From NCBI RefSeq assembly GCF_009914755.1, contig NC_060931.1: a stretch of DNA of 64,000 nt. The stretch is one strand, 5' to 3'. Within the stretch, counting starts at the first letter, position 1. Every line of letters begins with the position of its first letter. The position numbers were made by a program, and so were the translations under genes. Shown here piece after piece: positions 33,148 to 48,416 of this stretch. Source of the DNA: the human T2T-CHM13v2.0 reference genome, Homo sapiens. The notes under the pieces were generated by a model. It made no database searches. It was not told where the DNA came from and worked only from the letters and a program-made list of their open reading frames with translations.

Positions 33148-34279
33148 TTCTATCAAGAAAGAAAACATATTCTCTTAGCATGGATGGGGACTGTAGTAAA
33201 ATAATCATTTTACCATACTACATTTCCTAAGGAAACTCTAGTTCTATAAAATCAATGTAACTGTGGCAACCTGACAATCTGAATTCTTTCAGTTTTTCTG
33301 TTACTTTGATGCCTGATAGAAGGAATTCAAAAAGCTGTGGTTTTCTTCTATGTCAGGGCTTCTGCTTCATTCAAATAGAATCTGTTTTTAATGCACTTTT
33401 TTATAAAGATATAATGATATTATTTGTAGGGCAAAATGTTTAGGAATTTACAGATATATGCATGTTTTCACTAGGGGAAGTTCATTGCTTCAGGAAAAGA
33501 ATTCTGATTTTCAAGAAATAGTTGCACTGTTAAAATATTACTGTGAAGTACTATATTTGGCTAGCTCCCCACTACCAGCCTTAATTCTAGGCTTCTAGCA
33601 ACTAAAAACACTTCACAATTTGGCTGCAGGTATTTGGGAAACTTGCTGGCCCTGAAGGTGACATTGCCCCCTTCTCTTATTTATGAGCTTTTTCTATGAT
33701 ACAGAGCCCTTAAATGAAAAGACATAAAGCACCCTTTAGAAACACCAATGAAAACAAAGCCACAGTAGAAGTCAGTTCATGGAAGCATTCCAGCTCACTC
33801 ACACAGGTTGAACCCGGGTTTCCCCTCACCTTTTTCACCAGTGTGATGGGTCCCTTCAGTCATTTAACAGACCTTCCCTAAGCACTCAGTGCCAACCACT
33901 GGCAAGAATACCTTTACCTAACTCTGCATTGACTTTCCTGAGTGCAGCTCACCACCAAATAATCCTGTAGCTTCCCATGTCACCTGTAGTGAGAAATTTT
34001 TTGAATTTCTTTTCTGTGAGTATTTCCCTTTTCTCCACTTCTCCTGCAGTAGGGATATGGGTGATACAGGTGAGGTGGGAAAGACGGTATCAGAATTCAT
34101 GCTGTGTGGGGATATAAAGAATATAAGAATTTAAGCTTCCCTGAGGGCTGTAGTAGAGTTTCTTCAGATTTCACAATGTCTACATTTTGGGAACATGTTT
34201 TAAAAAGTGAGACAACATTGGTTTTAATCCATTTCATGTGTTTAGAGTTTTATTGAAATATAATGGAATGACATCTAAG

Positions 34280-34495
34280 AGCATGTAATTTGGAATCATG
34301 CATAACTGTGTTCAAATCTAAGCTTACCAGTTACAATCTATGTGTACTGGGGTAAATTATATAATCTCTCTAAACTTAGTTTTATCATTATAAAATGAGG
34401 CTGATAATAATAACAAACTCATAGCATTGTTTTGGAGATTAAATCAATATTAAATGTGTAGCATCTGCCACATAATAGACTCTCAAAAACACTAG
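34280..34495 (+). mobile_element. MIR
   Basis: gtgttcaaatct...ggggtaaattatataatctctctaaacttagttttatc...taaaatgagg...aataataac core. Confidence 0.7.
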
Positions 34496-35089
34496 TCCCC
34501 ATTCTCTTGTTTTTTAATATAATAAATCTGTCAGGAAACTTGTATGTCTATACTAAATTCAATTTTGGCATCTCAACTAACATCAGCAACATGTTAAAGT
34601 GACAAAAATGAAAGAAATTTAAAAGAAGGGCAATTGAAACAACTGATGTCAAGAATAAGATTCATTTATCCAGATGCGAAGGATAAATGTATTTTGGTAT
34701 AAACTATGAGGGGAACACACCTCTGCAAACAATGCAAATATAAAAGCATTTTAAATAAAATTTAGTATAATGCATATTTAGTATAATGCAAAATGCTTTT
34801 TCAAGGATTTTGAAGTCTTTACCAATGTTTTTATTGCTTTTCAGAAGCACATGAGGAAGATATTTTCTCTAAATTGTAGATGAGAGGAAAAAAGGTACAT
34901 AGAAACAATGTGATTTGAGCAAATTCACCCAATGAATCAGAGGCAGAGACTAAAATATCCACTCATTTGGCTCTTGCTGGCTCTGTCCAAGCCTTCATTG
35001 TTTTGGTTCAGGGGCCTGAACGTATAGGGCCACCTGCCACTATTCAAGAATGTAACAGATACCACCTTGGGACTCCTTCTCAGCATCTG

Positions 35090-37191
35090 TTAAAGAGGAG
35101 GAATTAATCAACCAGTGATCTCCCATTTTCACTGTCCCCATATCCAGCTTAACCTCCATGGCCAGGAGCTGTAGCCTCTCCTTTGCCCTTCATCATACTC
35201 TTTTTCCCAAACCACAACTCATGTTAAGTACAACTAACTTCTCCAGGCCAGTACCCATGTGGCTTAAGAAAAATAATCACACTGACTAGTCTCTCTTTAA
35301 ATTCATGGCCTTGAACCTAAGTTGGGCTCTAAATGCTCCACTGATAATCATACCTTATTCATGTTTGCCATGAATTGGCAAACATTGACAATTCATTCAC
35401 TCTTTTACTCTACTTGATAACTACTTCACTCTTTGCTCCTCCCTAATCTTCAACACGTTCTTCCCTACCTCCATTTTCACAGGGGAAATTGAAACATTGG
35501 AAGAGGGTTTCCATAGCCTCTCATGATATCTACTTTCAAAGCCTTCCAGCACCTATACCCACATACTCTTCCTCCTTACCTATGACCACAGGTGATCTAT
35601 ACCCCTATCTGAGCCACCAAGTCCCATCCTCTTTCACTTTCTCAAGGTGACTCATTTAGCAATTCTACTTTCTGACATTTTAGGGTTTTTGTTGGTTGGT
35701 TGGTTGGTTTTTACTGGTCTACTGGGTCATTCCCTTTAGCATTCAAATGTGTGGCTTTTATCCCCACTATTATACTCAGACTTCTCTTGTCTGTATCACC
35801 AGTGTCTCCCTTGTTGCTAAATTCAGTGGTGAATTCTCATTTCACATCTTACATAATTCTGCAGCAGTTGACACATTGATCTCTCCCTTCTTCTTAGTAA
35901 ACTTCTACCCTTGTCTTCCAGTACACTATATTCTCTGCTTTTCTTTTATAACACTGGTTATTCTTTCTCAGGTGCCTTTGCTGATCCCTCCTCATTTCCA
36001 GACCTCTTAACATGGTCTTCCCATCAGTCCTTGGATGCCATCTCGATCTGCATTCACTCCATCTCATGCAATCTTGTGGTTTCAAGGAACAAGCAAACCA
36101 AGAAGGACACCCAAATTTGCATCACCCTATCACACCTCTCTTATTAACTTAAAAGTGATACTTTTGACTGCTTAATTATTCTCTACTTATGTATCTAATA
36201 GACATTTCAAATTTAATACATCTAAAACAGAACTCCTGATCCCCTCTTAATAAGCTCTGCTCCCCCCCGTTGTAGGTGATAGCAAATCCATCTTTCCAGC
36301 TGTTCAGGTTCAGACCAGAGGAGTCATCATTCACTCTTCTTTCTCTCATATTCCATATCCATTTCATCAGAAAATACTTTTAGTTCTTTCTTCAATATAT
36401 CTTTAGAATTCAACCACTTCTCATCACCTTTACTGCTCCTACTGGCCTGGGGCACCATCACCTTCCACCTTGATTACTTCCAGCCTTGTAACATGGATCC
36501 CTGCTGCAACCCTATCCCCTCAACCACTGCCCACTCCTTTATTCTCTACTCTCAATATAGCACCCAGAGTGAGCCTTTTAAATGTGTAAGTCATATTATG
36601 TCATTTCAATGATAGAAATCTAGAAATATATCCCACTTGAACTAAAACTCAGAGTACCTCCACTGTTCTATAAAGCCCTTCATAGTCTGGCCCCATCTCT
36701 CTCTATATATATCCCATTACTCTCCCTCATGTATACTCTACTGCAGCCACACCGGCCCCCTTGCTTCTTCAAATGTGTCAAGCATGCTTCTGTCCTTTGT
36801 CTTTCATACATCTTTCAGGAACTTTCTTCCCCCAGATGTGCACATGGCTGATCCATGACTTCATTTAAGTTTTTTTTAAAATTAAATATCCACTTCTCAA
36901 TGGAGTCTAATCTGATGGTCCTATTTAAAATTGCAATCTGTGCCATCTGCACATTCCTGAGTCCGCTTGCAATACTGGATTGCTTTCTATAGCCCTTATC
37001 ATGTCTTGATATACAATGCATAATTTGCTTACTTATTATATCTATTATTCCTCTTCTCTATCCTGCCAGAATGTAGACTCCCTGAGGGCTGGAATTTTCA
37101 TTTGCTCTGTTCACTGATGTATTCCAAGTTTCTGCAATTGTGCCTGGCAAAAAGTGAATGCTCAAAGCACATTTGTTGAATGAATAAATGA
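35090..37191 (+). mobile_element. Long L2 fragment (~2 kb)
   Basis: gcagcagttgacacattgat, gacatttcaaatttaatacatctaaaacagaactcctgat; ends gtgcctggc...atttgttgaatgaataaatga. Confidence 0.8.
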
Positions 37192-37415
37192 CTTTAGAGA
37201 CCTCACTGCCCTAGGGATACAGTTATAGACAGGGGTGACATTAGAGCATTTTGGGATTTATGGTTATATATTCCTAAGCCAAGATGATTCTTTGTTGAAG
37301 AAAATCAAGATATTTTATGGGGGAGTTTTGGGGATCCTTGGCCCAGTATAGATTTCATTTGTGGACTCCAAAATTCTCTTTTCCTAAGATTTTATGAAAG
37401 TAACCCACGTCTTTA

Positions 37416-38417
<1,002 letters not shown>

Positions 38418-41400
38418 TAACCCATGTCTTTAGTATCTTACCTGATACATGAATAAATAGAGGAGCAAAGCTGCAGACTTTTTGTAGACGTTGTGGTTTT
38501 GTAAAGTGACATGAGTTCTAGAATATATTTAGTAGAGGGCCAGGGAACCAGCTGGGTCTCCTCTGTGGCCAGCTTGGACCTAATGGCCACATAGTATATA
38601 CTGGGGCATTGGAAATCTACTGGAGGATGCAATGATTTTTAAATAATTCATGTTGAGGTGTAAACAACACAAATTTGAAGTCAGGAAGTTGTAGGATCAG
38701 GTCAGAGCTTGGACTTAATTTCTCCAAGCTTCTCTTTCCTTCAACTGTAAGCCATTGTGAGGCTCAAGTGAGATACTATGTGTAAAGTTCCTAGCCCAGG
38801 GCGGGAACAGAGCAGGACCACTAAGGGTGTTTTTTTTTTCCCTAGGCAAGAATCATCTGCATTAACTTCTATTGTATAATTCCCTGGGTATCACAAAGGA
38901 ATTTAACTTGCCTCAGTGCATGATTGTACACTAAGAAGATTAATTTATAAATTGGAAGAAATGGAACGAAGGCCTTCTTGCCTCTCTTTTACAAACTGAA
39001 TGCTTCAGATTTACAACAGATGTTATAAGACTATAGGAACTTTCCAGGGAATATCAATAAAAGGATCATGAATCATCAATTCTGGAGATGAAAATAACAC
39101 AGTAGCTATTTAAATTTCTACTAAGAATATGTGATTATGAATACTTATTGAGAATCTACTGTGAGCAGGCATTAGGTGCTTTGTAGAACTGACCTTAGAA
39201 GAGATGAGACTTGTGGATTCCAGAACTACTAAATTGCTGGCTTAAACGTTATATGCCTTCCTAGTACTGGGCAAAATATTTCTATTAAGACTGCTAAAGG
39301 GCTTCTGAGGGACTTCTAAGAGACTGTTAGTACACTTCAGAGGATCCTGTTAGGAAGCTTTTAGGGGAGTTGTGCAAATGCATAGTCAGCTTAAAGCTGT
39401 TAGATGCATTAATTAATGCCAATTATTCTCATGTGGTAGCCATAGCTTCAGTTGAGAATGACTGTACCACATCTGTTTCCTTCAGGCAGGCACAGCTTTA
39501 GTCTTCATTTGAGGGAGTGTGTAGGAGATCTAGCATTAAAAAACCCTTAGGAATGCTAAGAAATTAGATTTCTCCAAAGCCGTATAAAAATCATCTACCC
39601 ATTCAGTGCTACAATTACTTCACCTATGAAACAGAAATAGTAACAATGAAAATAAAAATTATTTTTCCTGGAACTTCTAATTGAAGTTCCCCAAAATGGA
39701 AGTGGGCTGAAATTGATTATGGAAATTGTAATGCAACTCAATGACTGAGGAAGCTCCATTTCATTATAAGGCTAAATATAGATTAAGCCAGTACTTGTTC
39801 CTGTTTGCCTGAAGTTACTGCTGCCTATACCTGGAAGGTAACACTCCAATAGCAAGTATGACTAATACCAGGTTTAAATTGAGTTTGTCTCATCTTCCAA
39901 AATGAGTTATTTTCAGCTATTCAGAAAAATATGCAAATAACTACCTCTAATGGTGCAAAACCAGTTTAGACTATTGACTTTAATTTATTTAAAATATGTA
40001 ATAGCAACTAAACTGCTGATTTCTGAGTATTAACTGGACATAAATACATAAATTTATGATATACTTTAAATAGGCAGTAATAATGAAGGATATAATTTGG
40101 TATGCCTTCATCAACAGCTAAGTGAAAAATCACAATACAAAATTGAAAATAAAAAAATCTCAATTATGTAAACATATTTACATTCATCACATTTTCTTTA
40201 CATGTATGTATAAGAAAATATTGGAAGTAAGCACAGAAAATCTTAGCAGTGGTCATCTCTAGGTGATGGACTTATTGATGTATTTTTTTCTGTCTTTTTC
40301 TTACTATTTTCAGTGCTTTCTAGGTGCTGGTGAAATCTATTAGTCTTATAGTATTAGAAAAAAGTCATTAAAATTGTGCTTGAATATGGTACTTCACACA
40401 GAGCAGGAGCAGAGTACAGTAAGTGCTGAGTGAACAAATGGATCCATCAGAAAAGCTGACAAGCTTTACCAACTCTCTGGCAGCTTTGTCCATCTTTCTT
40501 GTAGGATGATAATAAAATGTCACATTATGGAGGTTTCATCACAAAATAAATGATAGCATATTATAAATCACTACCATAAATAATAAGCATGGACTAATCA
40601 AGTCCCTTTTGTGATGAGACAGCTCTAATTGCTTTTAATTGCATGCTTTCACTTATAGTACTTGCTAATTCTTAAATTTGTAATCTCCAGTGTTCTCTTA
40701 GTCATTAGTATAAATTAGCAATGTTGTACTCTAGGCAAATCAGTTGGCTGAAAAAGTCAGTTATGTGGAAAATACTGTAAATAAACTTTTTCAAATCAAT
40801 TAAACAATTTGGGTGTGATACCCCAGGCTTTAAGGAACAAGTAATTGACTAAAGCAGTTAAAAACCCCTGGGTCCAATCCAGAAAACCTTACACAGATAA
40901 AATTCCCACTTTCTTCAGCACTAATCTTGCACAACCAGGAATATCAGAATGAGTCCAGAGGTGAAATTCCACGTGGAAAAGAGAAGAGGGTTATGGGTAG
41001 TATTACTGACTGCTACATGCACTATCATAATTCTTAGTCCCAAAATAACTATGGCATTAAAATATAAAATACAATGAAAGGCATGCCCTTCAGTGTTTCC
41101 CAAGCTGTGTTCTACTGATATCTACTCTCTCAAGATGCTTTATTGGTTACAAATGGAGGCTTATGATTTTGGTAAATTTTACATTATACATATATATGTA
41201 GGTATCATGTGTATATTTATTTCAAAGGGTTTTAGAGACAGTAAGATATTAAAAGGCTGAACACATGTGCAGTAAAGAAATATTTTTAATTAGTTTATTC
41301 CAGAGAGTAATCCCACTTGAAAATGGAACTTTATTTTGTTTTACTTTTTTAACTTAACATCTACTAATAGTCCACAGAGTTTCATTCCATGGAAGAGACT

Positions 41401-41511
41401 CAAAAACAAAAATGTATTAAAACAATATTCTGAACATGGGACTTGTTGGATATGGTGCATATGTAATTTGGAGGTAAATTCTATAGTTCTCACATTACTC
41501 TCTAGTGAGTA

Positions 41512-42619
<1,108 letters not shown>

Positions 42620-42653
42620 AGATAGTCTGTTCTTCCTGTGAAAAAGTATAGTA

Positions 42654-42957
42654 GGCCGGGCGCGGTAGCTCACGCCTGTAATCCCAGCACTTTGGGAGGC
42701 CGAGGCGGGCGGATCACGAGGTCAGGAGATCGAGACCATCCTGGCTAACACGGTGAAACCCCGTCTCTACTAAAAATACAAAAAATTAGCCGGGCGAGGT
42801 GGCGGGCGCCTGTAGTCCCAGCTACTCGGGAGGCTGAGGCAGGAGAATGGCATGAACCCCAGGGGGCGGAGCCTGCAGTGAGCCGAGATTGCGCCACTGC
42901 ACTCCAGCCTGGGCGACAGCGAGACTCCGTCTCAAAAAAAAAAAAAAAAAAAAAAAA
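42654..42957 (+). mobile_element. AluY, Ye5-like, full length
   Basis: gggcgaggtgg, gaaccccagggggcggagcctgcag, gggcgacagcgagac; A24 tail; TSD gaaaaagtatagta at 42640-42653 and 42958-42971. Confidence 0.88.
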
Positions 42958-43143
42958 GAAAAAGTATAGTAACCTGGTGGCAGCTGCTAGGATCCCCTCA
43001 ATTCCAGGTATGTCTGATAAAAACCTGTTAGGATTCTTGATGTTTTTGAAATAAAGTGAGATATTTAAAAATAATTCAATTGCATAGCATGTATAAAATG
43101 TCTTTTGCAGTTTGAAGAGGTGCACACTAACACAAAGTCCTGA

Positions 43144-43337
43144 TTTTTTTTTTTTTTTTTTGAGACGGAGTCTCACTACAGGCGCCCGCCACCTCGCCCG
43201 GCTAATTTTTTGTATTTTTAGTAGAGACGGGGTTTCACCGTGTTAGCCAGGATGGTCTCGATCTCCTGACCTCATGATCCGCCCGCCTCGGCCTCCCAAA
43301 GTGCTGGGATTACAGGCGTGAGCTACCGCGCCTGGCC
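43144..43337 (-). mobile_element. AluYe-like copy with a 104-bp right-arm deletion, inverted relative to 42654-42957
   Basis: T18-gagacggagtctc|actacaggcgcccgccacctcgcc...gagctaccgcgcctggcc; no matching TSD. Confidence 0.9.
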
Positions 43338-44805
43338 GAAAACAATTATTTTGAGCCACAAATGTGAATAAGTTTTGACTTTCAATCCTGTATCATTGGA
43401 ATGTGATCTGGGGGATGGTGGGGCAGGGCTGGTGTCTAAGTCCAAGTCTCATTTAGGTCCATTGATCCACTGTCCTCTTATTCTTTCTCAAAAGTCTGAC
43501 AAATTTCTCTGCATAGTCCTCATTGCTCTACTGTAACATTCTTTTTGGGCCTTGTGGCCACTCTGTATATGTAGGAAACAAAAGTAAATCTCGCTCCAGA
43601 ATTCTCCTCTATAAAAGGTCACAAAACTGTAGTTTAGGGGCACATCTTAAGGCTTTAGGGCATGTGTTGAAACCTTGGCTTGATTATATTTGCTTTTTAA
43701 TGTTACAGGGATTTTCCATGTGTGGCTTGCACACGTTGATTTACACTAAGCAGACTGAACAAATACTGGAAAATATAGCAAATCTACAGAATAGGAGTGC
43801 TCCGAGGTAAAGAAAAAAAAAGAGTAATGCTTGGAAAGATATTGAATTAGAAACGGAGTTCCTGCTACTCTTACCATAATTTGTATGTTAAATTCCTCCA
43901 GTGATAAAAACCCTCATTAGTTCTTTCTAACCAACAGAAACAGAAATTTGTGCCAGAAAGAATAGAGAGATTAATTGAAGATCTTGCCTGCTGTTGGCCT
44001 ATGAACTGCTAGAATGACTTTCTGTGCCCCTTTTTAAAAACATGAATCTTTAAAATCTTTAATGTTAAATTTCATATTAAATTAACAGTATTCACATGAA
44101 CTTTAAAGGAGAAGTATTTACACTTTTTATTTCCTGAGGCAGTTGGTTGGGGTTTTTTTATGTGTTCAGTAGTGTCTCTGTCCCAAAGGTGTATGCTCAC
44201 ACTTGATTTATTTTTTCAATAAAATATTAGTGTATGAACTGATGCCTGTTATTTGTTTTTAGTGTCAGGGCATCAGGGCATCACCTCCTTCCTGAGGCAT
44301 TTCACCTGTCTTTGTTAATTATTTTTTCACTCTGGGATTTTTTTACCCAGAGTATGTTAATTCCTTCTTTTTTTTTGTCATGGTTGTGTTAAGCATTATT
44401 TTCTTTGTTTAAGGTGACTCAGGAATCTACTCTTTATTGATTACTCTAGGGAGGTGGGTAAAATATTTGAATCTGAAAGCACTTTAGAGAACACATCTCA
44501 ATCATATACAAATATCTGATATTTAGGGAAGATCAAATGTCATAGAATGGCTAGCCAAAAGTTGCTTTATGTCCTTGTTGCCTAATAAATCAGAACTGAG
44601 ACATGAATCTTATTTCTTAGTCTGAAGAATTTGCCGCATATTCCTATCAGAACTTTAAACAAAAGAGGAATATTTACAGTTACCAAATACTAAATAGGTT
44701 TTCAAAAAAATTAAAATAAGACCAAGGTAAACCTCTTCACATTTTAAAAATTAGAAAAAGTTGAATTCAGCAATAGAGTGATATTCTTTTGTTATCTGTC
44801 TAGAT

Positions 44806-45035
44806 CAGTGGTTCTTAGTGGGCAATATTCCCCCTGCAGAACATCTGGGAGTGGAGGGGAGTGGCGTTTTCTGCAGAGGCATGTTCAGTTGTCATATCTG
44901 GGGCCATGTTGCTACTGGCCTCCAATGCATAGAGGCCACAGGTACTGTTAAACATCCAACAATGCACAGGACAGTACCCCACAACAAAGAATTATCTGTC
45001 CCAAAATGTCAGTCATATTGAAAATGAGAAACCCT
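44806..45035. mobile_element. MER20 (hAT-Charlie)
   Basis: cagtggttct...gctactggc...tagaggcca...aaacatccaacaatgcacaggacag...acaacaaagaattatctg...gagaaaccctg. Confidence 0.85.
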
Positions 45036-45045
45036 GGTGTAGATG

Positions 45046-45215
45046 AGTGGCTCTCATAGTGTGATGCCCAGACCAGCAGCATCAGTATCTCCTGGTACTT
45101 AGACGTGTACAGTGTTGGGTCTCAACTTGGGCCTCTTAATCAGAGTGGGCTCCAGCATTTGTGTTTCGTTGATTACTCTAGGTGATTCTGAAGCATGTAT
45201 GTTTGAAAACCACTG
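45046..45215. mobile_element. MER5A-like element
   Basis: agtggctctcatagtgtg...cagaccagcagcatcagtatc...ggtgattctga...tttgaaaaccactg. Confidence 0.75.
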
Positions 45216-46734
45216 AAACAAATATTTAAATCTTCTTTTTCAGTCACTTTAAAAAATATGAATTCTTACTTTCTACTCAACCTTTTTCTTTGAGCAGTGG
45301 CTGATGTTTGAAATGGAGCCTATTTACAAGCTCCAACTTCTTCTACCCACAAGAACATTCTTGGGTAAGGGCCTCTCTCCAGTCCTCTGGCCCAAAGAAG
45401 TCCCCTTGCCAGGAACAATCTGTGTTCTCTTCTGTTGTGTTGTTGTAAGAGATCGACAGTAGTCAACCCTATGCTTTGGTCTATCACAATTAGTCTATCC
45501 CATGAATTTATATAAAGCTGTAGCTTGTCCTGCAAAAAGTCAGAGCTGGTAGTTGGAAGTTTATGCAGCTGCTCCGTATGTTGCATCAAAGGGCTTTTGA
45601 AGTTAGCAGCCTGAGTTCTTTCTAGCTTTGAACCCATTAGTTTCATTTACAGTCCTGTAATTTGGGGCTGTAGTTTGTAGTCTGCTCTCAAATCTCACAC
45701 TTACTAAATCAGTTATACTTGGGGGTTAGCTCAAACTAAAATCTGCACTGGCTTACAGTGCATATCTTAAGCCATGATGACTTGACATGGATTTCTTCAT
45801 ATATGAAAAAGTATACCACATTTTCTTGCCCATCTGTAGTACAGAAAATGGAACATCTAGAATTGTGAGGTAAGGAGGTGAAATTTGTCATTGATGGCTT
45901 TTAGTAACTTGAGGAGGAACTGAATCCTTAAAAATACTAGACAGGAAACTTGTGGTTTGCCAGCCCATCTTTTTTTCCACCATGTATTTAAACTCTTGTA
46001 TCAATGTAGGAAAAGACAGTTCTTGTATGAGTTTTTACAATAGAGTGGAGGAATGCAAATCTTATAATCAAGAACTCAGTCTTCATTATTCGCCTGCAAA
46101 TCATACAATAAAATAAATCAGACAGACATGGCCAAATGTTCTTACTCAATTAATCTGGAAATATGTTATTCATCTGTTGTGGCCTGCTATTGCAGCTGAG
46201 AGTTTTGCTTCTCTTCCGCTCTATTGAGGGTTGCTGGCAAGTGGCGCTGCCAAGGGCTTGAAAACCTGAACACAAAGTAATTGTTTTGAATCCGGAGGAG
46301 AGGTGAACCATGTTACCACCTGTAGTTTCCTTTCTGAATCGCCCCTTCATTTCTGTGAGAGTTGGAGACTTCCACTGAGTCAGTATGAAAAATACTTTAC
46401 ATTATGCTGTCAGGAAATAATGCCTGCTCATAAGACTTTAGATAAAGTAATAGTCACAGGGCTGCAATGAAGGAAACATCCCCAAATTGGAGATAAACCT
46501 GTGTTCCAACTAGTCACATAGTCTCTTCATGTCTCATTCAGTGTCATTCTTCCAGAATTAAGAGGTAATTATGCTCTTCATGATCCTAGACACTTTTTCT
46601 TTTCTTGATGGCGAGAAACAACAAGGATCTGAATTTAATTGGTCTGCTTTTACCTCGTTTATTGACATAAATTTTTTTTTTAATAGTAGGCAGTTATGGT
46701 TTTTTTTTTCACCTTAGAAAATAGCCCTGGTGAA

Positions 46735-46918
46735 AAATAGACACTGTGGACTACTAGAGAGTCTAGAGGAAGTGGGTTAAAAAACTACCTATGGGATACT
46801 GTGCTCACTACCTGGGTTATGGGATTTGTACTCCAAACCTCAGCGTTACAAAATGTTCCCATGTAACAAATCTGCAATATACTCCCTGTATCTACAATAA
46901 AAATTGAAATAAAAAAAT
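46735..46918 (+). mobile_element. Short L1PA15/16-PB-like 3' end
   Basis: aatagacactgtggactactagag...aaaaactacctatggg...gctcactacctggg...aataaaaattgaaataaaaaa; atagccct repeated on both sides. Confidence 0.75.
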
Positions 46919-47200
46919 ATAGCCCTAATGTGGACTCTTATGCTTTGGGATGACATAACCTGTTTTGGTTCCTTAAAATGTAGCTGAAATTCAGTAGGCT
47001 GCTTGGTTCCTTAAAGGTGATCAATAAAATACATGCAGACAATTTTCTTCAGAACAGTTATCACCCACTGAACAGGCAATTTAGTGATGACATTAATCCA
47101 GTGGGCTTGTTTTTGGTGTGTGTGGGGAGAAAACAATTTTTAATACTCTAAATCTGTGTTTTTTTGGGAACAGGATTAGAGTGGTTGATGATAGTCCTTA

Positions 47201-47202
<2 letters not shown>

Positions 47203-47235
<33 letters not shown>
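47203..47235. repeat. (TG)n microsatellite
   Basis: Read directly. Confidence 0.97.
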
Positions 47236-47237
<2 letters not shown>

Positions 47238-47292
47238 TTGAAGGCAGTAGACAGTTCTGAGGATGCTAGGGAATAAAGGAAGTAATAGGTGG

Positions 47293-48079
47293 TTTTCTTT
47301 TTCTTTCTTTTTTTCTTTTTTTTTTTTTTTTTTGCAGCTTCCAAGTCTTTTTATTTAGAATTTTGTGTTTGTTTCCTGAATCAATAGATACTATACAAAA
47401 CAATGTAAAAAATGGCTACTATTTTCTCTCCCCAGCTTCCCCGGACCTGGGGACTCAATCCCCTGGGCAAACTCACTCCGGGGTTTTAGGGGTTCTCCCT
47501 CTAGATTTGGTCCAGCAAGTGAGGCTGAGTGACATAGTCCCTTGAATCACTTTCAAAGGAGCTCAGCTGAGGTGAAGAAAGCCTCTGGGATCTGGAGGTT
47601 ACTAGGTTAGGGAAATGGATTAGTATTTTTTTGGGAGAAGAGCCAGTGCCTGGGGCAAGAGCCTACCCTAAAGAAAGGGTATCTAAAATGTTCACGGTTC
47701 CTTCTTTTGCCTCAAAAAGTGACATTTATTCAAAGAAAAAAAATGACAAGATGTCCATCCCTTGGCTCCCTTCCCTCCCGCCTCCTGCAGCTCCTCTGAC
47801 CCCCAAGATTGAACCCTGGCTGGGGCTAGGTAGCAGGACAGCCCCTCAGATGAGGTCAGCAACATTGAGGGGGATTTCCTCAGTGAAGGTATGGAGGTAT
47901 TGTAGAAAATCTCTATGTCTTGAAGAGTCCTCTTGTCTTCTTCTGTCACCACGTTAATAGCCACACCCTTACGGCCAAACCGTCCACTTCAAACAGTTCT
48001 ACGGATATAGTTTTCTCTGTTGGTCGGAAGGTCATAGTTGATGACTAAAGAAACCTGCTGCACATCAATGCCTCTGGCC
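47293..48079 (-). pseudogene. EIF4A1 pseudogene: 5'-truncated processed pseudogene of EIF4A1 (DEAD-box helicase eIF4A-I C-terminus, 3'UTR and poly(A))
   Basis: Minus strand translates [61 protein letters not shown].../[11 protein letters not shown]; premature TGA at 47989-47991 in motif VI; ~8-bp duplication frameshift; native stop at 47846-47848; AATAAA at 47350-47355; poly(A) at 47293-47333; no introns. Confidence 0.95.
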
Positions 48080-48416
48080 TATGTCAAGAAAGACAACTCT
48101 TCAGCATGTGCACCAGAGGACAATCTATCCCGAAGGGAAGACACTTAGGTATCTATGTAGGCAGCCAAGGAAGGCAGAGGAAATAAGCATCCCTGTTCCT
48201 CAAAGACCTTAGGCATGCCAGATTCTATTCCAAGTTGCTACTTTCCTGAGAGGGGCACTAGATGTCCCCTTGGAGAGGGAATCGCCTTGGATAGGAATAT
48301 GTGTTTTAAAGCAAGAAAGAATGAAATCAGTTAGGTGAATCCTCTGGGCATTTATCAAATGATTTTAAAAGTCAATCTTGTCTTTTTGGAGTCCCTGAAT
48401 TAAACACTTTATTGTC

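Noticed and set aside
39406-39419. 14-bp palindrome gcattaattaatgc
   Set aside because: Short AT-rich palindromes of this size are expected by chance in 64 kb
45320-45646. 108-aa ORF in unique sequence
   Set aside because: No recognisable homology or splice support; length compatible with chance
47692-47964. 90-aa ORF beginning with eIF4A-like residues
   Set aside because: GTG start inside the pseudogene, frameshifted into the 3'UTR; not a functional CDS
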